Assembly: GCF_006345805.1 (NCBI RefSeq) | Contig: NC_043002.1 | Coordinates: 25,296,001 to 25,360,000 of the forward strand | Length of the DNA: 64,000 bases | Source: Octopus sinensis | Lineage: Eukaryota | Direction of reading: 5' to 3' | In this document: piece after piece, positions 37,001 through 47,424 of the stretch | Numbering within the stretch: the first letter of the stretch is position 1 | Layout: each line of letters starts with the position of its first letter | The notes under the pieces: generated by a model | What the model saw: the letters and a program-made list of their open reading frames with translations, nothing else | Databases searched by the model: none | Told to the model about the DNA's origin: nothing | Made by a program: the position numbers and the translations under genes

Positions 37001-40000
37001 TTTAAAGGAGTTGCACTTGCAACTGGAAATGTCAAATAAATCTTTTGTTGCATTGTTTTTAAACACAATACACTTTGCTTGAAACGATGGCAAATTTTTT
37101 CTATTTTTCACAGATTTTAGTAATGTTTGGTACTTTAGATAAAAGTTTAAGATTTTTGGCTCAAATGACTCCATCGTAACACAAGGGATGAATGCCTTTT
37201 GTCAAAGAAGAATTATCTTTTCTGCTACAATTTCAACAATTTGTTTAATTGAAGGATCTTTCTTAACTACATTCTTTTCTTTTTCTCATTCAAATAAAAC
37301 ACATTTTAGTACATCCTTGTAAGTTGGCAAAACTTACTCACTAAGATCACATGGAATATCAAATATTGGGCTTTCAGTATCATGACATGTTATTAGCTTA
37401 TGAGTCATCACTAAATGTAAACAACACTAAATTTAACACGATCATTGATTTTAATACTATGGCCTAAAGTCAAGGTACAAAGCAGAAAACTTCACACATG
37501 AATAACATACGTCCACACGCAATGACCACTGGAGAGAAGTTCACACTCCCTTTCTCTTTATGGTCAGTGTAGAACCTCAAGATATTAGTCAATTGTATGC
37601 AACCTTTTGAGGATACTATATTTATTGTTTTGCATTCTTCTATGTAGAAATATGTATCATAATCCATGAAATCCAAAATTCAACCAAAAATAGTGATTTT
37701 TAAAATTTTCAGTTGTGTTGCAAAGCCTGGAAAAGATATTTAACCATAAAGTTCTTTATACACCTTTCTTTTAACCGTAATTTGCAACAAAATATGATTC
37801 TTGGTTACCAATTTCAAAAGTTGCGTTTTTCACTCCACCCTAAGCCTTCAATTATATAGATTGTTGTATGAAACTACAAATAAGTAAGGGTCAGATATGA
37901 GCCCTAGTACTTGTTTAATATTTATTTTATCAATCATAATTACAGGTATGGAACTTCAAGTTCCATCCTATCCTGCAGCATGGCACTTTGGTCAAGAGTT
38001 ATGTACTATAGCCTGGGTTCTGGAATTTGATAGACAGAAATTGTATGAAATTTTGTTGTGTATATGTGTGGTTGTGTGGGAATGAGTGTTTGTTTTCATA
38101 GGTAAACATGCCCTACAGTTTGGTGGTTTCATGTGTGAAAACTAGTGGAATAAAAACACCTTAACAAGTAACAGCTAGCAACAAGGCCTCTGGCCATAAA
38201 ATACTGCTTTAATGCTTTATCATTCACTACTGTATCAATGTGATGTTTGTTTTCATAGGTAAACATGCCCTACAGTTTGGTGGTTTCATGTGTGAAAACT
38301 AGTGGAATAAAAACACTTTAACAAGTAACAGCTGGCAACAAGGCCTCTGGCCATAAAATACTGCTTTAATGCTTTAGCATTCACATTACTGTATCAATGT
38401 AATGTTTATTTATTAGTGAGTGTGAGTGGTCACATCTGGCTGGTTTTAAGATAAAACAGGTAAATTATTTTGGCCAGATATGGCTGCTTTAAATGCTGAA
38501 GGGTTAATAATCTCATCCAGCCCATGTCAGTATGAAAAAAAAAGCAGATGTAAAAACAATAATGATAGTGAAATCACATGTAAAGCTGGCCTTGAACTTG
38601 GAAGATAGAATGACGAAACTAAACTCTAGGAAGAATTTGTCTGGTAGTTTAGTTATTTTTGCTGCTTGAGCATTCTTTGGAAAAATATCCTTGATAGTCC
38701 AAAGTAATATGTCAATGCCTATGACTTTTATAGGCCATTCCACACTGGTGAGATTGATATATATATAAACAATATAATGATTGGATAGTTGTAGGTTAAT
38801 GACTACAGGAAACACATAGGGACGGTAGTTGTTCTAGGAAGGAAAGATTGGATAAATAAAATGTAATTTTTTTTTTTATTTATTGTTGGATCTGGAGGAA
38901 GAACAATACTTATTGTCTTTTGCATGCCTTCTGAGACTGGCAGAAATGATGCAGTTAATGTTCCTTTTGAACCATTGTATGTCAATACCATCTAGAGAAA
39001 TGTGAGCAAAGAGGGTGTTTCAGAGAAGTGATGTTCTAGAAAGGAAGGACTGGGTGAGTGGCTAGTGCTAGACCTGCTGGTTTGGACAAAACAAGGGTAA
39101 AAGAGGTGGAAGTTCCATCTCTTCACAAGGCTTTGATCTGTCTATGATTGTAGTGGAGACACTTGCTCAAAGTGCTACACAATAGGACTGAACTTGAAAC
39201 CACATGGTTGGGAAGTGAACTTCTTAACCGCATATACCTTTACCTATACATGTATAAATGCACATGTTTGTGTTGGCAAGAAAGCAGAAATACCACTGAG
39301 CAGTGAACAAAGTTCCTTTATATATCCTGCACTTAGTTACAAGCACTCTCTTGTGATTCTTGTCATCAAAAATGCAATGAATCAGTTATTTGCTCATTGG
39401 AAACCTGTAACCAACAAAGCTGTTATTCACAACTCGCGATATAAATGAATATAAGTTATGGTGCATCTATTTCACTAAAGAGCTCCAACAAGGACAAAAC
39501 ATAAACAGAATTATCTCCCATATATTCAGATGTAAAATATTATTAGTCATTTATAAAAGTTTTTTCTTCTTTCACTGCTTATTTGAATTTTTAATGTTTA
39601 ATCATTTGATTTTAACTAACAACAGATTGCATAGACATTCCACATATTGATTAATGTGTGTTGTAGTACTTCTTCACTATTTGTATTTTTGGTGTTAGTC
39701 TAAGCTTTGATGAAATAAATCATTGTTTTTCACTGAGCTGCTGATTTCAAAGATAAAGACAAAACGAAATGCTTTTTGTATATGTTTGTAGAATTTGTGC
39801 TGCTTCTACTTCTCTAAAATTACCATCTCTTTACCAACCCCAGTTAAATCTGCTTAATGCACCACTTGAATATCCATTATCCTCTTTAATGTGTCCTATC
39901 TTCTAGATCCTTCATCTTTAGAATGACATCTCTCAGTGAAGCTTAGGTAATTGGGGTGTTTAGCTCATGTTCACAAGATCATTGGTTCAGTTCCTGGACT

Positions 40001-40777
40001 GGGTGGTGCTTTGTGTCTTTGAGTAAGATACTTCATTTGACATTCTCTTGGTCAACTCGTGAGTCATGATTACTGTCTGGGTGCTGCGCAGCCCTCTGTA
40101 CCAGCTATCACATCCTTGATGTTCTTAGAGTGTGCCTATGTCACATTGCAACTGCAAAGGTATCTAAAATGATTAGTGAAAGTGCAGTGTATGCCACCAA
40201 GTCATACACACTCTCAAGTGACCACTGGCTGTACTGGTACCATCTGTGTGCAACTTTCCACTTGCATCTTCCTTTGAGCTGCTGACAATTCCAACTGGGC
40301 ATTGAATCTCATTAATGTCACTCCGTCTGTGCAAACTGCCTAAAAATGTTTTGGACATAACTCCCCCATCTTCCATCTTCCTGCTCTTTAAATTACTCTA
40401 CAGAGAAAAATTATTTAATTATCTTTTTTCATTCAAGATTTACTAGTTTCATATTAGGGAGCTAATACATCATTAATGATGAGCTGTTTGTTTCTCTGTA
40501 TCACATGGGAGAACTAGAACAAAGCTCCAATAATACTATGGACATAACCTTCTCTTCCACCTCTTTCAAATTATTCTGTGGATAAAAAAGAAATAATTTT
40601 TATTTTCATTTTCTTTCTAGATTTACTAGTTTCATTTTAGGGGATTCCCACATTACCGATGAGGAGTTGTTACACTATAATACAGATACAGGAGCACTAG
40701 AACAAAGCTCTGATGACAGTCTGGTCGGTCAAGGATCAGGATCAGATATTGAGCTGAACTGGGATGAGTCTTTCTAA
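4038..40777 (+). CDS. NEMP1: NEMP/TMEM194-family nuclear envelope integral membrane protein, joined CDS of 7 exons (5' exon not identified)
   Basis: Join 4038-4165, 6492-6693, 14619-14691, 15915-16008, 17975-18315, 32317-32478, 40621-40777. All introns are GT-AG with matching phases (0,1,2,0,2,2) and give one open frame ending at TAA. Recognised NEMP motifs: FCY, several hydrophobic helices, [50 protein letters not shown], acidic tail. Confidence 0.92.
4790..5870 (+). mobile_element. Old, internally deleted RTE LINE fragment (RT C-terminal half)
   Basis: YLAFIDLEKAF, WPCSICRKG and MLHGSETWAL..RLHWFGHV..GRGRPRKTW motifs in broken frames. Confidence 0.9.
6492..6693 (+). CDS. NEMP1: NEMP coding exon (LKLNINDEYSV...EISLRPFNSTCVRISTTNDFSVQLRTK)
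   Basis: Long polypyrimidine tract plus tttag acceptor, donor AAG|gtatgt. 202 nt, ends in phase 1. The PFNSTC segment is typical of NEMP. Confidence 0.88.
7330..8972 (-). mobile_element. 5'-truncated RTE LINE with an intact 360-aa C-terminal ORF, 3' UTR hairpin repeats and (GAT)n tail
   Basis: ORF 7879-8961 with QGSVLSP, LLYADD, PHD-like Cys/His cluster, FRYLG and GRGRPRKTW. Flanked on both sides by (TA)n. Confidence 0.95.
9403..9800 (+). mobile_element. CR1/L2-like LINE 3' fragment
   Basis: ORF 9462-9725 GLQLFNILPKDLR..FKIKLDLFLSGVPDEP..RAAASNSL is a typical C-terminus of this LINE group. Confidence 0.7.
9818..10087. repeat. Fold-back inverted repeat (MITE-like) with arms of about 110 bp
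   Basis: ctagcaagttt..caccaattact (9821-9930) pairs with agtaattggtg..aaacttgctag (9977-10084). Confidence 0.85.
10148..10802 (+). mobile_element. CR1 LINE 3' fragment
   Basis: GITVSSDLRW..LKLYTAMVRPHLEFASSVWNP*..ESVQRRATK..YSERL..RGHAYK..FFTLRVAEAWNKLP, ending in a (TAT)n tail. Confidence 0.9.
11920..12252 (-). mobile_element. tRNA-derived CORE-type SINE, family B (octopus OR-like)
   Basis: Head GGAGTGGCTGTGTGGTAAG..GGTTCAGTCCC and CORE-like ACCTTGGGCAAGTG. Other copies near 16985-17370, 22320-22580, 31465-31620, 41380-41650, 42450-42845, 45040-45400, 55620-55820, 56611-57090, 58075-58350, 58855-59190 and 59230-59580. Confidence 0.8.
12877..13109. repeat. Near-perfect palindrome: 112-bp arms, 9-nt loop, 2 mismatches
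   Basis: Arms 12877-12988 and 12998-13109, loop accttttca. Confidence 0.95.
13503..13625. mobile_element. Small MITE-like element with terminal inverted repeats of about 25 bp
   Basis: tttttggaatattggctcacgagca ... tgcttcaagagccaatattaccaaaaa. Confidence 0.45.
14619..14691 (+). CDS. NEMP1: NEMP coding exon (GIEIWLIITFGLGILMFINANNWSQ), first transmembrane helix
   Basis: Acceptor tcttag at 14613-14618, donor CA|gtatgt. 73 nt, phase 1 to 2. Confidence 0.88.
15090..15543 (+). mobile_element. Putative non-autonomous Helitron-like element
   Basis: Starts TC...ATAAA and ends gcaatgccaggtatcactgCTAG|t. The same 3' end occurs at 58360-58383, and a hairpin plus CTAG end occurs on the minus strand at 18880-18915. 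Confidence 0.45.
15915..16008 (+). CDS. NEMP1: NEMP coding exon (NSSFHYLMGTVLGIIFSVLIILFFMSRMISK)
   Basis: Acceptor ttttcacag, donor AAG|gtaagg. 94 nt, phase 2 to 0. Confidence 0.92.
17975..18315 (+). CDS. NEMP1: NEMP coding exon (KVVTAAFLL...SYRFGPVTDIRSKKILCWIIQ...FYKRF)
   Basis: Acceptor ctattttag, donor AA|gtgagt. 341 nt open, three hydrophobic segments, phase 0 to 2. Confidence 0.93.
21742..21953 (+). mobile_element. piggyBac-like MITE (family 1)
   Basis: TTAA|CCTTTTAGCATT...AATGCTAAAGGG|TGAA termini. Other copies at 45474-45689 (TTAA on both sides), about 30610-30810 and about 38365-38508. Confidence 0.7.
23218..26811 (+). mobile_element. Long 5'-truncated RTE LINE (APE endonuclease + RT, a few frameshifts)
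   Basis: ORF 23204-23800 with SAYAPQ, AGDFNGHVG and SQIDYIL. ORF 24249-25370 with YRGIKLL, QFGF, AFVDMEKAFDRV and YADD. C-terminal ORF 25440-26117, 3' UTR repeats and (GAT)n tail. Confidence 0.97.
26850..27744 (-). mobile_element. Degenerate pogo-type transposon 5' half (Brinker-like DBD, CENP-B HTH, DDE start)
   Basis: FKASPHWLDNF..LSLGRSTT, IIATDETAV and YESARVTCILAIQLDGTK motifs. Terminus TA|CCATGTTTCCCCAAAAATAA at 27744-27746. Confidence 0.85.
27855..28060. repeat. Compound (TA)/(TG) microsatellite
   Basis: Read directly. Similar tracts at 7281-7329, 51530-51650 (CT/CA), 56775-56910, 57095-57245, 58383-58472, 61020-61190 and 63448-63495. Confidence 0.95.
29086..29393. mobile_element. 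hAT (Charlie-like) MITE
   Basis: TIR CAGGGGTTCTCAA at both ends; exact 8-bp target duplication ATCTAAAC at 29078-29085 and 29394-29401. Confidence 0.92.
29617..30590. mobile_element. Cluster of three piggyBac-like MITE copies (family 2), one nested in another
   Basis: Copy 29617-29836; copy 30254-30457 bounded by TTAA on both sides inside an opposite-orientation copy at about 30150-30590. Confidence 0.75.
32317..32478 (+). CDS. NEMP1: NEMP coding exon ([53 protein letters not shown])
   Basis: Acceptor cctttttag, donor AG|gtatgt. 162 nt, phase 2 to 2. Most conserved NEMP nucleoplasmic segment. Confidence 0.95.
32820..33650 (-). mobile_element. RTE LINE 3' fragment
   Basis: Reverse complement of the RT C-terminus plus 3' UTR hairpin units and (GAT)n tail. 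Confidence 0.88.
33650..37843 (-). mobile_element. Degenerate hAT-superfamily-like (hATm-type) DNA transposon, interrupted by an RTE
   Basis: Broken ORFs with LFDISSCKC, FDGR-like, EEHISLIEEPESCYLGHF, AVGCEGTALNTG, WFVYQLHANELPL..LDGK and WNAFFVHPENILLAM motifs. Imperfect TIRs T(C/T)AGGGTGGA at 33650 and 37843; no target duplication found. Confidence 0.7.
33859..35008 (+). mobile_element. 5'-truncated RTE LINE inserted in the hAT-like element
   Basis: ORF 34079-34498 KGLSLRVKGRLYD..HGSETWAV..GRGRPRK, hairpin-unit UTR and (GAT)n tail. Confidence 0.92.
38087..38400. repeat. Two-copy tandem duplication, period 157 bp
   Basis: tgtttgttttcataggtaaacatgccc starts at 38087 and 38244; the units are nearly identical. 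Confidence 0.95.
39945..40380 (+). mobile_element. Old tRNA-derived SINE, family C
   Basis: ggttcagttcc B-box-like motif followed by gtgtctttgagtaagatacttcattt central domain; degraded. Confidence 0.45.
40438..40585 (+). pseudogene. Tandem duplicate of the NEMP terminal exon with an in-frame TAA at codon 9 (alternative or pseudo terminal exon)
   Basis: Own acceptor ttttttcattcaag. Translates FTSFILGS*YIINDELFVSLYHMGELEQSSNNTMDITFSSTSFKLFCG*, colinear with the downstream exon; period 183 bp. Confidence 0.8.
40621..40777 (+). CDS. NEMP1: NEMP terminal coding exon (RFTSFILGDSHITDEELLHY...DIELNWDESF*)
   Basis: Acceptor ttctttctag at 40611-40620. 52 codons to TAA at 40775-40777. Matches the NEMP RF..F..G.SH.T..E pattern and acidic tail. 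Confidence 0.9.
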
Positions 40778-43519
40778 AGTACCTCAACTTTTTTTTACTA
40801 AGTTTATGAATTATTTTGCTGCTGGGTAATTTGAGCTTTTCTCATTCTTTTCCAAAATAAGAGAAAACAAACAAAAAAATTGTATATACATAAAAGACTT
40901 GTATTCATTCAATGATTTTTTTTCTTGTACAGTATGTTACTGATAATTTCCACTTGTAATATATATTATCGATCAAATATGTTTTTTTGTGTAGACCATT
41001 TTAATGTTTCAAATTTTCTGAATCAAAAATAATTTTACAAAAATATAAAATTTTGCTTTTCAATAATTTGAGCTGTGTTTGATTTTTTTATTTAAATTGT
41101 TTCTTTAAAAGCACAGGCTTGTTATGGTTCCATTGGAAGACTTGTTTTCCTCACTAACTTCCATGTTCTGTAACATGGAAGCCAATAAGAAAATGGGTTT
41201 TGTCTAAGAGACTTTCATGTTATGACAAAATCTTCAGCAACACAATGCTTTCGTAAGTTTAGGAGAGGTATTCTTGTATTTATGATGCAACTTGGCTGTT
41301 TATAAATATGATTACCTAATGTTGGTAATGTTACAGGAATTATACGATAGCTCTGCAAGTTAGGCACAGGCATTGCTGTATAGGCACAGTTGTGACTGTG
41401 GTGAAGAAGCTTGCTTCCCAACCATGTGGTCTTGGGTTCCGTCCCACTGTGTGACAGCTTGAGCAACTGTCTTCTACTATAATCTCTAGTTGACATAAGT
41501 CTTACAAGTGGATTTGGTTTATGGAAACAGAAAGAAGACTATTATATATGTGTGGGTGTAAATGTGCACTTGTATACCCTTGTCTTGACATCATATGGCA
41601 GTTGTAAGCAAGTATTACCCTTATACAAGCAATGTTGTTCAATTCCAGTCCCCCTTGGAAAATATCTGGACATCATCATCATCTTCATCATTTAATGTCT
41701 GTTTTCCATGCTGGCATAGTTGGATGATTTGACTGAAAACTGGTAAGCTGGGGAGCCGCACCAGGTTCCTATTTAATTTGGCATGATTTCTACAGCTGGA
41801 TGCCCTTCCTAACATCAACCACTCCAAGAGTGTAGTAAGTGCCATTTATGTGATATTGGCATTGGCCATGACTACAATCTCACTTGGCTTGACAGCTTTT
41901 CTCAAGTACAGTATATCACCAAAGGTCTCAGTCACTTGTTATTGCCTCTGTGGGGCCCAACATTCAAAGGGTGTTTTTTACATTGATTCATCCAACTAAA
42001 AGTTTTTCAAGATAGTGTCTCAGCGTGCCGCAGTCTAATGACTGAAACAAGTAAAAGATAAAAAAATAAAATATAATCCATTTGGCTTTGCTTTGACAAA
42101 GAAGTATCCAAAGGATATCCTGTGGAGGACCCATGGTTTTGTAGCTAGATCAGCTTTCCAAATAATGACTATGTAAGTGCAGATATGGGCTGCATGATTT
42201 AGAGGCTCAATTTGCAGCCATGATGTTTTGGGTTCAATCCTGCTGCATAGCATCTTGGAAAAGTGTTTTCTACTATAGTTTCAGGTTGATCTTGATCTTG
42301 TGAGTGGAATTTGAAAACTTCAGATTCCTGGAGTATAAACATCTATGATGAAATATGTGGATAGTGTCTTTTGCTATAGCCCCAGGTCAACTGAGGCATT
42401 GTGAGTTGATCTGGTCAGCAGAAACTCTTATATATATATACTTTTTATTCTTTTATTTGTTTCAGCTATTTGACTGTGACCATGCTGGGGTACTTCCTGT
42501 AAAGGTTTTACTTGAAGAAATCAACCCAGGACTTACATCTTGTAAACCTAGTACTTATCCTGTCAGTCACTTTTGTCAAACTGCTAAGTTATGGGGATGT
42601 AAACACACCAGCATTGGCTGTCAAGTGATAGTGGGAGGACAAACAGACATAAACATGCATACACACACACATATATATATATACACAGCGGGCTTCTTTC
42701 AGTTTCCCTCTCTTAAATCCATTCACAAGGCTTTGGTTGGCCTTAGGCTTTAGTAGAAGACATTTGCCTAAGGTGCCACACAGTGAGACTGAACCCAGAG
42801 CCATGTGGTTAGGAAGCAAGCTTCTTACCACGCAGCCATGTCTTTACATATGTATATATAAAGTATATGACAGTGTGTGTGTGTGTGTGCACATGCATGC
42901 TCATAGGTGCATTTATAAATGTTTACATTCTGTCATTCACATGAAAATAGCCAAGCTACAGACAGTGGCATTTGTTGACATTTCTTTGTCTTGAAAGCAA
43001 GCTGAATCTCAACTAAGAATAAGGAACTGAAACACATAAGACATTCTATCCAATGCTCTAGTGACTCTGTCCATTTGACGCCAGAGAAAATGGTGCACAT
43101 CATCATCAGTATAAGCGCCATTTTTCCATGCTTGCATGGCTGAGACCAAATTTATTAAGGCAGATTTTCTATGGCTGGATGCCCTTCCTGTTGCCAACCC
43201 TCATTTACTCCAAAGCAAAGTATCTTCCATGGGAGATCCAAAGTGAACAACACTGCATGTATGATGGTGATGCTTGTTTATAACTGTCTTGTGCTGTTGA
43301 AAAAATATCACCTTACTGACAGCATCCCTATACACAGCTCTCACAAACTACTCATTTATCCCTAACTTACATATTAACCACTAGACAAGGGAGCAGGGAA
43401 CCCTCTCAAAAGCTTTCTATATGTTGACAAAAGCTATATATATATATATATGTCCAACCCATGCTAGCATGGAAAACGGATGCTAAACGATGATGATGAT
43501 GATATATATATATATATAT

Positions 43520-43730
43520 ACAAGGAGGTGCTGAAAAGTTTCTGGCTTTAAGGGTATTGCAAAAGAGCTGGTTGTAGGCCCAACCTTTCAAGCTTAGAAA
43601 AACTGAAGGACTGCTGCAACAAGAGTGTGAATCTGAGAGGGGAATATGTTGAATAGAATCATAATTAACTGATCCTCCTGTATTTTCTTTTACCCAAAGC
43701 CAAGAACTTTTCAGAACTTTCTCATATATA
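43520..43730. mobile_element. Tc1/mariner-like MITE
   Basis: TA-flanked TIRs (GGTGCTGAAAAGTTTCTGGCTTT and its reverse complement). A partial copy lies at about 55840-55945. Confidence 0.7.
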
Positions 43731-46700
43731 AGAAAAGGCATAAATAATGGGTATTAATATCTATTTGTGTATCTTAGACTTACAGCTCTTTTTGATATGC
43801 ATTTTAGATGCATTCACAGTTCCATTTACTCAATCACAGACTCTGAAGATTATAGTATTTGTTAAGGTTGCTTAATTTTTCAGTTCATCAATGAACCAAT
43901 TGAGTAAATGGATCTATGAATGCACCTGTAATGCATATAAGAAACAACTGTAAATTTATGATGCACAAATAAATATGCAAAGCCTATTATTTATGCCTTT
44001 TCTTGTTTATCATTCTGTGATATATACAATATTAACTGCAGAATGCAGCTGTGGATTTACTAAGTCAACTGGTAATGAACTTCAACTTTGAATCTTGCCA
44101 TAAGATTACCTGGAGTTCTATACTAATCTGAAAACCTTTTATTAGCCTGGTATAGTTGTATTAACAGAGAGCTTGAGAAGTATTTTACGCAGATTGATAA
44201 TCCTTATTAATAACATACAGATATAGTGAGAATTTACAAAAGAACAAAAGACGAAGACAGGTGTGTAAACAACAAACAGATGTGATATATATATATATAT
44301 CATCATCATCATCATCATCGTTTAACGTCCATTCTCCATGCTAGCATGGGTTGGACGGTTCAACCGGGGATCTGGGAAGCCAGAAGGCTGCACCAGGCTC
44401 CAGTCTTATCTGGCAATGTTTCTACAGCTGGATGCCCTTCCTAACGCCAACCACTCCGTGAGTGTAGTAGGTGCTTTTTACGTACCACCTGCACAGGTGC
44501 CAGGCGATATATATATATATATAATTATTACATCAGAGTATCTGCTAGCTAAGAAACATATGTAGCCTGGGTTTTACCTGTTCCACTCACTCCATTTGGG
44601 TGGGTGGGTGTCTGTCTGTGTGTTGTGGTATTTTACTCGAGAGGCTTCTTCAGTTTCCCCCTTCAAATCCACTTGCAAGGTTTTTGGTTGGCCTGGGGCT
44701 ATAATAGAAGACACTTGCCCAAGGCGCCATGCATTAGAAAGAACCAAAAAGTCATGCATTTGGGAAGTAATCATTTTTACACAGCAATACCTGCACCTGA
44801 ATATAACACGAAGAAAAGTAAAAAAAAAATAATAATCCTTTTTACTGAAAGCACAAGACCTAAAATTTTGGGGGTGAGGTTTTATCCATTACAGTGACTC
44901 TGGTATTCATTTTATTGACCCCTAGAAGGATGAACCATAATGTCAACCTCGGCAGCATTTGAACTCAGAATATAAAACTGAAAGAAATGCCACATTTTGT
45001 CCAGCTTACAATTTTGCCAGAATATTAATTTCTTACACTAGGTGCAGGTATGAGTGTGTGGTAAGAAGCTTGCTTCCAACCACATGATTCCAGGTTCAGT
45101 CCCACTGCATGGCTCCTTGGGCAAGTGTCTATAGCCTCAGGCAATCAAAGCCTTGTGTGTGGATTTCATAGATGGAAACTGAAAGAAGCCTGTCGTGTGT
45201 GTCTGTGTTTGTCCCCCACCAACGCTTGACAACCAGTGCTGGTGTGTTTACATCCCTGTAACTTAGCAGTTCAGCAAAAGAGACTGATAGAATAAGTACC
45301 AGGTTTTAAAAAAATTGTACTGGAGTCGATTCATTTGACTAAAATATTCTCCAAGGTAGTGGCCCAGCATGGCTGCAGCCGAATGACTGACACATAAAAG
45401 ATTTGCACAAAGCTACTTATTTGTCATGGAGGTTTAGTGACATCAGAACAATCAATGGTATTTGATTTATTAACTCTTTAGCATTTAAACTGGCCATATC
45501 CAGCTGAAATAATCTTCCTGATTTATCTTCAAATTGGCTAGATCCAGCCTCTCACACCTGTCCTATAATGTTAGTCTAAAAAATATAGTCGCATAATTGA
45601 AGTCTCAAAGTTACAAGATAATATGATTAATTCAAACAATGTGAATAAATAAACATTACATTTGATAAAATAATCTGAATGTTAATGGGTTAAATCTGGA
45701 AATCATAAAAATCAGTAGGTTAGGGGTGGTTACTTTTACTGAAATGAGTTAAAAATGAAATCCAACAGAAAAGTCTTTGTATGGCTATTCAGATTGCTGA
45801 AAGTAGCAACAACCAAACCTCTGTCACATCACAGCTTGTTGCTTAAAAAAAAGGAAGGACATAGCAGACAATGTACTCCTTGTGATGCTGAATGGAAAAA
45901 AGAAAAAAGATGAGATGGTTACAGCATCTTTAATCTTAGGTCTACTTCTTCAGGGAGCTACTACACAATTACTGAAAATACTGGTAGAAATAGCAGCTTA
46001 ATCTATTTTTACATCATTCCTTGCACCGAATATCTTTTTTTCCAGGCTTGGTAAGCCCTGCAAGGGCTATAGTCACTATTCATCCTCAGACTAACTTCTA
46101 AAAGACAAAACGACACCCACCACACTTGCCTTGCCCTGCTTTAGGCCCTCAACTACTGATAGCATCATAGAAGTGCCGTTTAGACTTAGCAGAGCCCATC
46201 CCGCTCCAGACCTGACCATTGCCAATTTTTCCTGGGAAAGAGAAGAATCGGTTCCAGAATGGAGTTGATACTTTGTTTATTGGCTCCAAAAGGATGAGAG
46301 GTAAAGTTGACCTCAGTGAGAATTGAAATCAAAGTGCAGAGACTTGAAACAAATACAACAAAGCAATCTATGTGATACCCTAATGTCTTGGCCAGTTCAT
46401 TGTCTTACACATAATGCTATTGAGACAATGAGGAGAAAAAATCTGAATTCACTCCAAAGAAAGCAAACAAGGAATGTGGAGAGGAAAATGCAAACATGGA
46501 TAGATTTAGCTACTACTTCTAGCAGTAAATTGACTAATTGTGTAGAAGCTCCCTGGTATTGTTGTATTGCCCTAAGTACTTCTTGATGCAGCAAACCCAT
46601 GATCAAAGGTGCTGTAACCATCTTGTCCCTTTTTCCTCCATTCAGAATAGATTATCTTTTATGACCTTTCTTTTTTAAAGTACTAAACTGATTTAAGAGA

Positions 46701-47424
46701 TCTGGTTGCTGCTATTACTAGCAGGCTGAGTATGTAGAGGCTTCTGTGTTTGAAAGACATGTGTAAGTCTTGACAATAGCAAACAATGGTATTTTCACAA
46801 AAATAATTGACATTATAGTGTCAGATGTCAGTTTTTAGATTTAAGAAGTAGCCATCTGGCACTAATAAAACTATTCAAGAATGCAATGATTGGTGAAATG
46901 ATAATTAATAAGATGACATAAATAGATAATGGTGTTTTTGAGGCCTATGTTGAGGTATAATAGTCAATAATAACAAAGATAAATATAAAAAGAAAATGTT
47001 TGTGTTATGTATATATATATGCCAGCATGGAAGAAGGACGTTAAATGATAATACATCAACAGTAAAAAATATCCTTCATGCTAAGACTAAATATACTGGT
47101 GTTTTATGGACTTGGAGCTTTGAAATAGTAGACATAAGGAAATATTATATACAGACATGGCTGTGTGGTAAGAAGCTTGCTTCCCAATCACATGGTAGAA
47201 TGTACTTCCCTCGTGTGTGGACATGTATTAAAAATTTCACTTCTGCTGTTCAGGTAGAGAGCATTTGCCATATTTCATTCCATAACTGCCATCTCTGAAG
47301 AGCACAGGGTTACATAATTGGACTGATACCTAACACTTGATTGAATCTCTAGTGCAAAACTGATCAGTAAGATTGGCTGTAATGGATATATAATATTGTA
47401 CACTTTGATTAAAATTATATATTG

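Noticed and set aside
41215-41350. Minus-strand terminal coding exon SYRIIPVTLPTLG...DFVIT*
   Set aside because: The acceptor lacks a pyrimidine tract and abuts a SINE; no recognisable protein family or phase-linked upstream exon.
43784-43925. Selenocysteine read-through of TGA codons in the candidate minus-strand exon
   Set aside because: One frame has tandem TGA plus a later TGA, and the other ends in TAA soon after; no selenoprotein motif or SECIS element seen.
46397-46621. Hydrophobic 74-aa minus-strand ORF
   Set aside because: The N-terminus comes from a dispersed repeat also seen at about 45915; no splice context or family motif.
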